DNA of 64,000 nt from Octopus sinensis. Its lineage: Eukaryota. The position numbers and the translations under genes were made by a program. The notes beneath the pieces were generated by a model. That model saw only the letters and a list, made by a program, of their open reading frames with translations, ran no database searches and was not told the origin of the DNA. Below are positions 51,024-63,384 of this stretch, piece after piece. Position 1 is the stretch's first letter, and the number at the start of each line of letters is the position of its first letter. Where the stretch lies: contig NW_021834602.1 in the NCBI RefSeq assembly GCF_006345805.1, forward strand, positions 2,692 to 66,691, written 5' to 3'.

Positions 51024-51313
51024 GGAGGCGCAATGGCTCAGTGGTTAGGGCAGCGGACTCGCGGTTTCGATTCCCAGACCAGCGTTGTGAGTGTTTATTG
51101 AGCGAAAACACCTAAAGCTCCACGAGGCTCCGCAGGGGATGGTGGCGATCCCTGCTGTACTCTTTCGCTACAACTTTCTCTCACTCTTTCTTCTGTTGGC
51201 CTGCTCGCTTAGCCAGCGGGTGGTGTCATTGGAATGCTAAAAACAATGCGAAGCGCATTGTGACCAGCGGTGTGTAGCAACATCTGATAGCCTGGTCGAT
51301 CACGGTGATCACG

Positions 51314-51318
<5 letters not shown>
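51024..51318 (+). mobile_element. SINE family D (tRNA-derived)
   Basis: ggaggcgcaatggctcagtggttagg...ggtttcgattccc head, and a (gatcacggt)n tail running into (TA)n. Confidence 0.75.
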
Positions 51319-51353
<35 letters not shown>

Positions 51354-51436
51354 GATAGATAGATAGATAGATGATAGATCACCGTGATCGACGAGGCTAT
51401 CAGATGTTGCTACACATCGCTGGTCACAATGCGCTT

Positions 51437-51483
<47 letters not shown>

Positions 51484-51652
51484 CTGTATAGGAACACAGT
51501 GACTCAAGGCCAAAGAGTTTCGTGCGTTAGCACTTACCATAAAACTCTCAGACCTTGAGTCACTCTGTTACGTCTGCTAAATAAAAATATTTAACATGTA
51601 CTAATGGTCTGAGTTCTACTTTCCTGTTTGCATCAACATACCTATATATATA

Positions 51653-51698
<46 letters not shown>

Positions 51699-51954
51699 GA
51701 AATGAAGAAAATGCTGACAAAATAATTTAAGTAAGGGAGAGTGTATTTAATTGGTGAAAGTTCTCTTGAGAAAAAATCTATCAGAAAGGAACTCTATCTC
51801 TCTTAAAAAAATATCTTTTGAAAGCATAACAAATGCGCAACCGTAAAAAGAACTTCACCAATTAAATACACTCTCCCTTACTTAAATTATTTTGTCAGCA
51901 TTTTCTTCATTCCTTTTTTTATATATCACAACTCGTGTTCCACATCTCCTTTTT

Positions 51955-51992
<38 letters not shown>

Positions 51993-52237
51993 CATACATA
52001 TAAGATGCTAGAATAGATCCGTTATGGTCTTACCACTAAGAGAGGAATGTTCTCAAGAAAACTTAGTAAACGCCAGAACGTAAGCGAGCAAGGTAAATGA
52101 AAAGAAACATCCTTCTTATATGTATGTAATATGATTTTTCTGAATCTTCAGATTTTAATATGCTAGACCACTAGTTTTAAATTGATATTAATCAGATTAG
52201 TATTTGAAATTTATATTTATATATATATATATATATA

Positions 52238-52614
52238 GTTATCCGTATAATGAAAGGGTGAAATTAATTAATTTGGAAAAATTATCAATTACACAAGTAG
52301 TCTTCGGCATGTAAAAGCCTCATTCGAGGAAAATTTAAGTAATACTAAGCAATAAGGGTTTAGCAACGAGTTGCCTTACACATACCGAATTTAGAAATAG
52401 CAGTCAAAGGGTTATAGCTATTTCTTCTACTAAAAAGGGAGATCTCAGTAAAAACAGCATTTGGAAGGCTCTCTCTTACTGTTTGTGTCTGCCTTCCAAA
52501 TGCTGTTTTACTGAGATCTCCCTTTTTAGTAGAAGAAAATAGCTATAACCCTTTGACTGCTATTTCTAAATTCGGTATGTGGTAAGGCACTCGTTGCTAA
52601 CCCTTATTGCTTAG

Positions 52615-52615
<1 letters not shown>
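52238..52615. mobile_element. Fold-back fragment of the 600-bp family A unit (no HHR)
   Basis: 52238-52469 matches the array unit across its junction, and 52470-52615 is the inverted copy. (TA)n on both sides. Confidence 0.9.
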
Positions 52616-52647
<32 letters not shown>

Positions 52648-52879
52648 CATATATATACACACACACATATATATGTATATATATTATATATAATATTATA
52701 TATATATATATATACATATACACACATGCACACCAGCATGTAAGTATGCGTTTCTATGCATGCAAATATTTTACATATTTATCTTGAAAGAGAGCAGGGT
52801 GGTATTTGAGGAGAGACTGAGTTACAAAGAAAATTGAAACAAAGACACAAAAGGAAGAAAGGAAAGCAAGAAAGAAGGA

Positions 52880-52930
<51 letters not shown>

Positions 52931-53143
52931 TAGGTAAGAATGAAAGAAAGAAAGAAAGAAAGTCTAACTGAGTCATGTGGGACATATAGCCGGCCTTTCT
53001 ATACAACAACTATTTCATTATATTATAGGTTAAGAAAAAAATAGGGTTCTTAAAATGAGTACAGACAATCAAAGACCAAGGAACAGATCAAAAATTGGCT
53101 GCTGTAATCGTTGTTGTTGTTGTTGTTGTTGTTGTTGTTGCTG

Positions 53144-53175
<32 letters not shown>

Positions 53176-53309
53176 GGTGTATAGTGAAATGTGTTGGCCT
53201 TCTTCATGCTGCACGTATATTTACTATTGTTCTTGTAGAAAAAAAAGCTACGCCTTCTTTTTTTTTGTTCTTTGCTGTATCATATGTTTATCCGTGCATC
53301 CATACATGA

Positions 53310-54000
53310 ATGAATATGTATGTGTGTGTGGTTGTGTGTGTTTATGTATGTGTTTGTATGTGTGTGTGCGTGTCTGTCTGTGTTTGTGCATGTATGTGTG
53401 TGCGTGTGAACGTGTGTATTTGTGTGTGTGTGTGTATACTCGTGTTTTGGGTATGTGCGTGCGTTTGTGTTGTGGTTGTGTGTGTGCGCGCGTGTGCTTG
53501 TTTCTGTGTGTCTGTGTTTGTGTGTGTATGCATGTGTCTGTGTATTGTGTGTGTGTATGTATTCGTGTTTTGGGTATGTGCGTATGTTTGTGCTGTGCAT
53601 GTGGGAGTGTGCGCGTGCGTGGCTTGTGTTTTGTGTGTCTGCATGTGTGTGTGTATGCGTGTGCGTATGTATTTGTGTGTGTGTGTGTAAGTGTATCTGT
53701 GTGCGTCTGTGCGTGTCTGTGTTTGTGTATGTGTGTGCGTGTGTTATGCATGCGTGTATATGTGCGCGCGTGCGTTTGCCTGTGTTTTTGTGTGTCTGTG
53801 TTTGCGTGTGTATATACGTGTGCGTGTGTATATACCTGTGCGTGTGTTTATACCTGTGCGTGTGTATATACGTGTGCGTGTGTATATACGTGTGCGTGTG
53901 TATTTGTGTGTATGCGCGAGTGTTTGTTTTTGTGTGGTTGTGTGCATGTGTGCATGTGTGCATGATTGTGTGTGCGATTGTGCGCGCATGTATGTGTGTT
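53310..54000. repeat. Degenerate (TG)n with a ~20-bp minisatellite near 53810-53900
   Basis: Direct inspection. Confidence 0.9.
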
Positions 54001-54007
54001 TAGCTAT

Positions 54008-54260
54008 ATACGAGATGGAATCAAAAAGTTCTCGGACTGGTTCTGTAGCGTACCAACAGACGGCAGCACATGGTTGCGTGCGCAATGAAATCTAGCAGTG
54101 ACCTTCACGAGAGAGTCTGCCGAATGACAAAAATTTATCTTTGTGTGATCACGTGTATGCCGAAGTTTACGATTTTGTCATTGACAAGAACAAAGATCCA
54201 ACGAGAAATTTTGCGTTAAACTTGAGAACTCTGCTGCAGAGACATTGAGTATGTATGTGC
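54008..54260 (+). mobile_element. Mariner 5' end fragment
   Basis: ta-cgag...aaaaagttctcggactgg end and decayed DKNKDQR..FCVKL..SAAETLSM. Confidence 0.55.
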
Positions 54261-55159
54261 ACGCATGCAAACAAGTGGCCCAAAATGGTAATATAACCGT
54301 ACATGAATAAGTCTCGGTGTCGATATCTTCGACTAAAACCCTTTAACGCGGTGCTCCAGCATGGCAACAGTCAAATGACTGAAACAGGTACAAAAATGAA
54401 AGAATATTCCGTACATATGCAGGACATGCAGAAACATGATTATCTTTTAATTGTAACAAGGAACAAGTATGCATATGTACATTATTCTTACGTATAATCC
54501 CACGATTATCGCGTGTGGTACGTCCCTGAACCTCCCACAGAAATAATTAAAATTAAAAAAAAATATAAATACCTATGGGCCACAGAAACCCGCGATATAC
54601 CGAGGAGTCCGCAATATAAATTTACATATGTTAGAAAAATATGCAATGTACTGAGTGTGCAATAGGTGAACCGTGATGTACAGCGTACGTGATAGGTGAA
54701 CCGCGATATGGCGAGGGATTACTGTATACACGTTTAAACACACACAGCAAACATGCACCCTATTGCTTCACATACACGCACAAGCACATGACGAGTATCC
54801 TCGGACAAGCACCCACACAGTAACAGAAAACAATGACACATGCACACGTATACACACGCACAAACACACACAGCATATGCAAACATACTAGCTTTATTTA
54901 CACAAGCGTGCATACACATGCACGCTCACACATGTCAGATAGCCTCATACACACACACACACGCTTGCATACACAAACACAAACACACAACGCATACAGG
55001 CAATAAGCGTTGTTTTGTGGTTTTGAAGACGAATGTCCCGCGTTGTTCTATCAGGCACTATTTTGCAAATCCTTTTTGCTAAATTGAAAGGGATATTTAT
55101 TTTGATGTGTTTCGGGTGGCATGAGTTAAAGAGAAGATATTGTTTTGAATCAGTTGTTA

Positions 55160-56300
55160 ACTCGGGACTTTCGTCTTCAAGACCTCAAAACAAAGCTTAT
55201 TGAAAGACAATATCCACCCTCTCTTATCGACAAGGGAATTAAACGTGCCAAACAGACACAAAAACACTAAGAACAACAAAACATAACACTATACCTCAAC
55301 TCAAAACATTACTATTTATATCAACACACAATCCCAGAAACAGTGAGGCATTCAACACTATTGTGCAAACTCTTCCTTTACTAACTAGAGCTCCAAAAAT
55401 GAACGACATCCTGAAAACACACAAACTCATCAAATGCAAAAAACAAGACAAATCGCTAAAGAGACTACTAACAAATGCGAAACTTTACAAAACAACCACG
55501 AAATCAACGGTTGACAAATGTGGACGCCCAAACTGTGGAACCTGCTCTAACTTGATCAAAGGCTCGGATTTCATTTTCAGACAATGACAGAGGTTCACAA
55601 TTAAAACTAGTTTCACTTGTGCCTCAGAGAACCTAATTTATGTAATAACCTGCTCGGGTTGCGGACACAACTATATTGGACATACGAGTATGACCTTGAG
55701 AAAGAGAACTACTCTACATAAAAAGCAAATCCGTTTCCCGCAATACAGGCAAATTCCTCTCAGTGAACATATAGAAAAATGTGCAGATAACATCAAACCA
55801 AATTTCACAGTCTTCCCCTTCTACCAGTGCAAAGACACAATCTCTCCACTAGAACGTTTAAATAAAGAAACTTTTTTCATTGAAAATACAGAACACGTCT
55901 TAATATGCACGCATAACCAACTTTTATCTTTTTACATATTTCAATTCACGATTACATCACTGTACATAAATCACCTCACTAAACAAGGTTTTCGAAACTT
56001 GTTTTTGTCTTTACGCATATATATTCCCCTCCCATTAGCGAAAGCTGAACAGTTATCTCCCTTATCCACAACAATAACAATAATAACGATAACCAATTAC
56101 CTCCCTTTATTTATCTACTTGTGAAGTCATTCACTCATGAATTTCATGACACACAACATGGACAAAATTTCTTCTTAAGAAAAAATGCATATTCAAACAA
56201 GTAAAACATAATATCATGAATAGCGATAGCAAAACCGGTCGATATATTAAAAATTATATTAAAACTATGTAAGTGTGCGTATTTTCCTTTTTTAATTTCT
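55160..56300 (+). mobile_element. Penelope-like element 3' remnant (RT linker plus GIY-YIG endonuclease)
   Basis: RLQDLKTKLIERQYPPSLIDKGIKRAK, then CGRPNCGTC and FTCASENLIYVITCSGCGHNYIGHT...RTTLH...LSEH...E. Stop at 55585-55587 and frameshifts. Ends at (TA)n. Confidence 0.85.
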
Positions 56301-56340
<40 letters not shown>

Positions 56341-56418
56341 ATTTTAAAATGTGTTATGATTATTATTGGATAAAATCCTATATAAACCCAAGTACCAGTT
56401 AAAAAATGGAGAAGAGAA

Positions 56419-56545
56419 TTCATACGATCGTTTCGAATGATAATACTGACATGCAAGAAAACATGGAAAAATCAAATTAATTATGATAATAATTAAAATA
56501 ATAATTAAATTAAATTAATTAGGTATTACCATTCTCTTCAGTGGA
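56419..56545 (-). ncRNA. Type I hammerhead ribozyme with 100-nt stem II, family E (stem I partly degenerate)
   Basis: tcca-CTGAAGA-gaatggtaatac...gtattatcattc-GAAA-c(gatc)g-TA-tgaa, with a 12-bp basal stem II. Confidence 0.62.
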
Positions 56546-58994
56546 AAAAATTAATAAAACATCAAAAAAGGTATTAAGAAAAGAATAGCACAATAAAACT
56601 ACAGAGAGCCTGTGTCGAATAAAGTTGATCGGATATTCATAACAAGAATGTGAAATAGGGAAAAGTGATATAGGAACATGTTAATGTAGTGTTGAGTCTA
56701 TCTGTGTAAGAATCTATTTATTTTATCGAGAAACTTACATCAGTAAAATAATTGTCCTTATTCACGAAATATCAGTGGTAACTCTATAGCCTACATGAGA
56801 CACACACACACGCAAACAAATTGCGCTTAAATACGAACTATCAGTAAGTCAACTATTTTGTAAATATAGGAAGTTATAAGTACATTGGAATATCTAAGCT
56901 AAGTTTGTATTAATCTTAGTTATTATACCACAGACATTATACTATCTTATTTTCCAATGCACCAGATTTAAGACTAAAAATATTCTAGCCTTTTCCCCCC
57001 CAGGAATACGTTATCCGATGAAGTTTTTTGTCTTTTTTATTGTTTCTTTCCAAGATGGTAAAATGTAACTTAGACAGATTTGTCGGTTAATTCTAATAGT
57101 TCGAATGACCGTTTTTCGTTGAAATTACCGACTGTTCCGCCTATTGTGCTATTGATCTTGTTAGTCTTCGATGAATTACTAATTTTATAAAAATATCCTT
57201 CTCCCCAAGAAGAAACCATAAAAATACACCATACTTCCATCAACAAATCTAACCATGTGTCTATACACCCAGCCTTCCAGCCATTCATATACATATACAC
57301 ACGCACACACACACATGTATACATGTGTGTGTATATACATATACATATATTGCACATACACACACATATGCATTTACTTACATATGAGTGAGTGTGTGTA
57401 AATATATAGAGGTATATAGATAGATAAGTAGAGAGACAGACAGATAGATAAATAGATAGATGCATGTATTTATATGTATAGAATCATAGATACAAGCATA
57501 CTTTCACACATACATATATGTATACATGCATGCATACATATATGCATACATACACACGCACATACATACATAACATACATACATACATACATACATACAT
57601 ACATACATACATGCATGCATGCATGCATACATACATACATACATACATACATACATACATACATACATACATACATTCATACATACATACATATAAACAA
57701 ACATTCAAGCATACAAACATGCTAGATGGCATCTGTGATCGATCTGTTTGGTTACAGAACTCCTAACACGAAGCGAAGCCCTCAATTTGTGAGATATTAT
57801 ATGTCCTGCTGTATTGTGTTACAATTGCTGTTCAGTAACAGAATAACAGAGATCGATGGAAACGATAATACTAAACTCAAATCAAATTGTTTCTTTCCAA
57901 AGAACATCAAAAAATTTCGGGAAAAAATACATCCAACAGCTGGGCAAATGCTATCATTGGATTCTAAATGAAAAATGAATACAGGAACCACCAGTTGCGA
58001 ATTTATATTAAACTAATTCAGAATTTGCGAAGATTGCTGATCAGAATCTCTCAGAAATAAACTAATTGCCCAGAAACCCGAACCCGCAATGATAAGTCAA
58101 CAACCGAGAAGGGACACACACAGGTAAAGTAATTGCACTTAAGCACGAAGTATCAGTGGTTAGTCAAAACATTTTATTATTGTAGGAAATTGTAAAGGCA
58201 TAGGAGCAGCAACACTAACTTTGCGTAAAACTCACAAACATTATATCACAGAATGAACGATTGTAAATTCTCGGCCGGAAGTTTTATCGTTATTTCTCCG
58301 GAAGTTTTATCGTTATTCCGAGAAAAATTTGCGATGTAACTAGGCAGCACAATCGTGGAACATATGCAGAACAAGCTATGGAATGAATGATGTGTAAAAG
58401 TCTCTTCCAAAAATGCCATCTCTAGTGAAAATATCGAACGAAAATCACCCGAGACAGATCAGAAATCAAGTTGTTGGTATAGGAAATTTGTTATTACTGA
58501 AAACCACGTTACCTTGTTTCAAATATTACTGGAATCTGGGTTTCATGTGCCAGATTGGTTGGCAGTTACACGAAGAGTATTTGAGTTTAAGAATCTTGAA
58601 TCATACAAATGGTAAAAAGACAAAAAACTACAAGCCTCGCTTAAACGTTTTGTATAAACTGTATACAAATTATTTAAATGTGTTTCTCGTACATGAATGT
58701 AAGAAAAAGGTTGTGGTGACAAATGAAGAAGCTGGCGAAATAAAAGGGGTTTAGGACAGTCGGAAGGCTATTCGTGAACAAAACTGTTCCCGGGAAAACA
58801 GAGCGGCAGCATCGAAGTCCAACGACGATGGCAAGCCTAAAAGAAAACGTTTCGCTTTTTCGGTCATGACAAAAAAAGTTACTACACCTTGTCAACATTC
58901 TGACGTTAAAGATTACAGCATAAACAACAGCAAACACTACGAATAAAAGCAGCTATCATTGTGACATATAGCATTAAGTTATCAATGGTAGTAT

Positions 58995-59360
58995 TTCAAG
59001 TAAGGCTTAGCAGTGTTTCGTCTGTCTTTATGTTCTGAGTTCAAATTACGCAGAGGTCGACTTTGCCTTTCATCCTTTCGGGGTCGATAAATTAAGTACC
59101 AGTTGCGTACTGGGTCGATCTAATCGACTAGCCTCCTCCCCCAAACTTTCGGGCCTTGTGCCTAGAGTACAGAAGGATGATAGTATTTCAAGTGAAAAAA
59201 TAAGGCAAAATCGTTAGCACGCCGGGTAAAATGCTTAGCAGCATTTCTTCTGGTTCTGAGCTCAAATTCCGCCGAGGTCGACTTTGTCTTTCATCCTTTC
59301 GGGATCGATAAAATATGTTGAATCTTGGGGTCGATGATAACCGACTTCCCCTTCTCTCCA
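58995..59360 (+). mobile_element. SINE family B fragments
   Basis: gaggtcgactttgcctttcatcctttcggggtcgataaa occurs twice. Confidence 0.75.
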
Positions 59361-59749
59361 AACCGCTGGTCTTGTGCCAAAAATGTGAAACTAATATTTC
59401 AGGTGAAAAATAAGTACCAGTTGAGTACTGGTGTCCATATAATAGATTTAACCCTTTCCCTGAAATTGCTTGTTAACCCTCTTCCCGAAATTGTTGGTAA
59501 CCCTTTCCTCGAAATTGCTAGCCTTCTACCAAATTCCAAACCAATATTTCAGGCATCGGCTTTATTGTAACGCTCCCTGTTACGTGAGACCCTTCTCAGT
59601 CCGGACGAAGAAATCTGAAGGCCACATGATAGAATCAAGAAGGAAGAGACCGATTACTGTCACCCATATATATGATATTGATAACCCTCAGCCGTTTTTA
59701 AGTAATATTTACGACATCAAGAGACACAGCTGGTCACAGTATTCTTATT

Positions 59750-60163
59750 TCTTTATTACCCGCAATGAGCTAAACACAGAGAGGACAAACAAGGACAGAC
59801 AAAACGGATTAAGTCGATTACATCGACCCCAGTGCGTAACTGGTACTTAATTTATCGACCGCGAAAAGATGAAAGGCAAAGTCGACCTCGGCAGAATTTG
59901 AACTCAGAACGTAACGGCAGACGAAATACCTATTTCTTTATTGCCCACAAGGGGCTAAACACAGAGAGGACAAACAAGGATAGACAAACGGATTAAGTCG
60001 ATTATATCGACCCCAGTGCGTAACTGGTACTTAATTTATCGACCCCGAAAGGATGAAAGGCAAAGTCGACCTCGGCGGAATTTGAACTCAGAAAGTAACG
60101 GCAGACGAAATACCGCTAAGCATTTCGTCCGGCGTGCTAACGTTTCTGCCAGCTCGCCGCCTT
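59750..60163 (-). mobile_element. SINE family B, partial dimer
   Basis: Same junction as at 48803, here at ~59930. Confidence 0.85.
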
Positions 60164-60769
60164 AAGAGGTAAAACAAGAATATTGACAAGGAGATGTGCG
60201 TCTTCTGAACCTGATAGATACACTTTCACTGTTCGGGAAGAGAAGAAACTTACTCAATACCTGATCAATAAAACAGCTAAGACCGCTTACAAACCACAGC
60301 AGTGTGATAGAAAATGCCGATAGTGTCAAATTCTATTATGTCAAATTAGATAAATCTGCATTGTTGTTCGTCGTTCATACTGTTGTAAAGGTTGTCAGCC
60401 GATAATATTGCTATCTTTTCCACCTTTAATCAACAAATATTATATTTGCTATGCTATTCAAAACTATTTTATGTTCATCAATTACCGTTTATTTCAGTCA
60501 TTAGCTTGCGGCCATGCTTGGGCATCGCCTTTGGGGATATAGTCGACGAAATCAATCCTACTACACGTTTTTTCAAGTCATGGTAGTTAACGCCGAAACG
60601 TTAAGTTATATGGGACGTAAACAAACCAGCGCCGTCAGTCAAACGGTGATGGGCGTACAAACAAGACACAAATAGAAAGATGTATGCCATAGATATGTGT
60701 TTATACAAACACACGCACACAGAGACATATACTCACACACATGCACACGTGTGTATGTGTGTCTGAGTG

Positions 60770-60839
<70 letters not shown>

Positions 60840-61046
60840 GTAAGAGATCTTTCAGCTTAGTGGTATAGAGCGCTCAGCCGAAATTTCATTGGGGTAGATT
60901 CTCTGTACAAGGATTGCTGATCACTTTTCTCCGTCTTCTAAGCTGTCTGCGCAGCCTTCTGCGTTCGAGAGTTCCTTCATTTTCTGAAGAATACCGACAC
61001 TCGCGGCGCTTATATGTTCGTTTACGATATATATATATATATATAT

Positions 61047-61088
<42 letters not shown>

Positions 61089-61364
61089 TATATAATATAT
61101 ATATATATATATATGTCTGTGTGGTGTGTGTGTGTGTGTGTATTAGAGCATACATACACGAACACTTCCATAGTTTCATGCATACATTAGCACACATATA
61201 CACATACCTGTATACATGCATGCACACATTCTTACGTATTACGAGAGAGACAGACAGACAGACAAACAGACAGGGAGCTTGATGGATCAGGCAGACAGAG
61301 AGATAGAAAGAGAGATAGAGAGATAGATAGATGCGCATTTATACATGCTTACATGCATACACGC

Positions 61365-61398
<34 letters not shown>

Positions 61399-61459
61399 AT
61401 TATTATTTCTAAATCTCTCAAAGAGAGATATTCAGTAACAGTTCTTTACAGTAAAGACT

Positions 61460-61959
61460 ATTTGCCGACATAATGTGGCTGTCCTGAAAGGGACGATTGT
61501 TGCTGTTTTTTAGCCCCACGAAACATCATTTCCAGCTGGCTATACGACACAGTATCTGTGCTCTTATATTTCTGAATAGGGAGTCCAGCACCCCCATCCA
61601 CCACAAAGCAGCATCTTTGGACCGGTTTCTGGCCTTTGAAGAACTGCTACTGAAGTCTCTCTTTGAGAGATTTAGAAATAATAACGTTTCTATTTATTAG
61701 ATCAGTGACTGTGTGTCACCTTGAAAGCTATATTTTTGAACGGTAATTCAGCAGCACGACGTCACCAAGCAAATACTCTGTGTTGATAAAGAGCAATAGC
61801 CTAGAAACTGGTCCACAATTGTTGCTTTGGGCTGGACAACATATTCGAAAATATAAGTACACAGATATTGTGTCGTATAGCCAGTTATAAACGATGTTTA
61901 CTGGGGCTAAACAACAGTAATAATCGTCCCTCCCGGACAGCCACATTATGTTGGCAAAT
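61460..61959. mobile_element. MITE with long (~110-bp) imperfect TIRs
   Basis: atttgccgacataatgtggctgtcc...tagcccca and ggctatacgacacagtatctgtg are mirrored at 61850-61959. Confidence 0.7.
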
Positions 61960-61976
61960 TCTCTTCACTTTATATA

Positions 61977-62519
61977 TTGGGCTGTCCGGAATGTTCGTGC
62001 TAATTTTTAAAGGAAAGAAAAAGGTCTATAAATACTTGCAATTACCCAAGTTTAACAGGTGCTCATGAACGACGGATTTTGATTGGTTGAGGCTTTCTGC
62101 CAATTCTCGGGTTGTGCAATGTGGGTTATGATGAATTAATGACATGATTTGACCATCATCTATAGTGGATTATCTGCCTGATCGCTCTTTATCAATAAGG
62201 CTACAATCTCCAGCTCGGAACCTTGCGAACCACTTCCGTACAGTTTTTTCGGATAAAGAAACATCACCGCATATTTCTAACCCTTTACGGAAAAAGAAAA
62301 ACATGAAGTGCCGAAAATGAACTTTCTTATCTTCCATTTTAAACGGTTACAGAATTATCACAGGTTATAGGAACATAAATCTTCTTCCACGAAAAGATAG
62401 CTTAAACTGTGCTCTAAATGGAGGTGTAGACAAATCCTATTTCATGGACTCAACCATGTTCTAAAATAAGTAGAAAGGTAAGCTACTATAAATCGGCACG
62501 AACTTTCCGGACAACCCAA
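61977..62519 (-). mobile_element. Internally deleted mariner
   Basis: TA-flanked ~24-bp TIRs ttggg(c/t)tgtccggaa(t/a)gttcgtgc. Minus-strand remnant MEDKKVHFRHFM...TVRKWFARFRAGD...ERSGR. Confidence 0.88.
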
Positions 62520-62594
62520 TAGATATATATTGATAAAAATGGTAAGACAACAAAAGAATGAAAGAGACCTCGATATTATGTAAATAGAGGAATT

Positions 62595-62760
62595 TATCTG
62601 TAAAAGTAATATGTGACAATTATTCGGTAGCCATGTTTCGGATGCCGAGGTGGAAATCCACGCCGCCATCTCTTCAGTTATCTGGCCATCAGAACCACCT
62701 CGGCATCCGAAACTCGGAGTTTTATCATGGCTACCGAACGAATAATTACTTTTACAGATA
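62595..62760. ncRNA. HHR split across an inverted duplication, family F
   Basis: The minus strand has gataa-CTGAAGA-stem II-GAAAC with a 13-nt deletion. The plus strand has the stem II 3' half-GAAA-c(tcgga)g-TT-ttatc. Perfect 19-bp inverted arms at 62635-62653 and 62695-62713. Confidence 0.5.
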
Positions 62761-62777
62761 TATATATACATATATAC

Positions 62778-62825
<48 letters not shown>

Positions 62826-63384
62826 TATATATTATTACATATATATGTGTATATATGCCTGCGTTATGTGTTTCTGTGTGTGTGTATATGTACGTACATA
62901 AACAATAAACAAACAACATCTACAACGCAGACCAGTAGTAATTCACTGGTCTAATACTAATTCACACATGCTCTAACAAACACACACACTCACACGGACA
63001 CACGCACACGGACACACACACACACACTCTATAACACAAACATGCGATACAGTAACATGCACACATGCATTTGGATGAACTGACTTACAACATAAACACA
63101 CACAATCATAAACGTTAACCACTTAACACTGATACACATTAAACAGACGCTTAGTCACAAGCAATCAACAATACACATCACATATCGAACATAAACACAC
63201 GTTCACACCGACACACCCATGCACATCCTCTCTTGCCTTTGATCTCTGCCGATAAGTGTTCTATATTTCCGATCAACGAAAACTACTTAGACATTCAAGT
63301 ATAATGTAAGTAGCAGAGTGTTTCAACTAATACTTGTGTGTGTGTGTGATGTGCATGTTTGTGTGTGTGCGTTTGTGTGTGTAT

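Noticed and set aside
52130-52155. CTGAAGA-ttca-GAAA on the minus strand
   Set aside because: No stem II, stem III or stem I.
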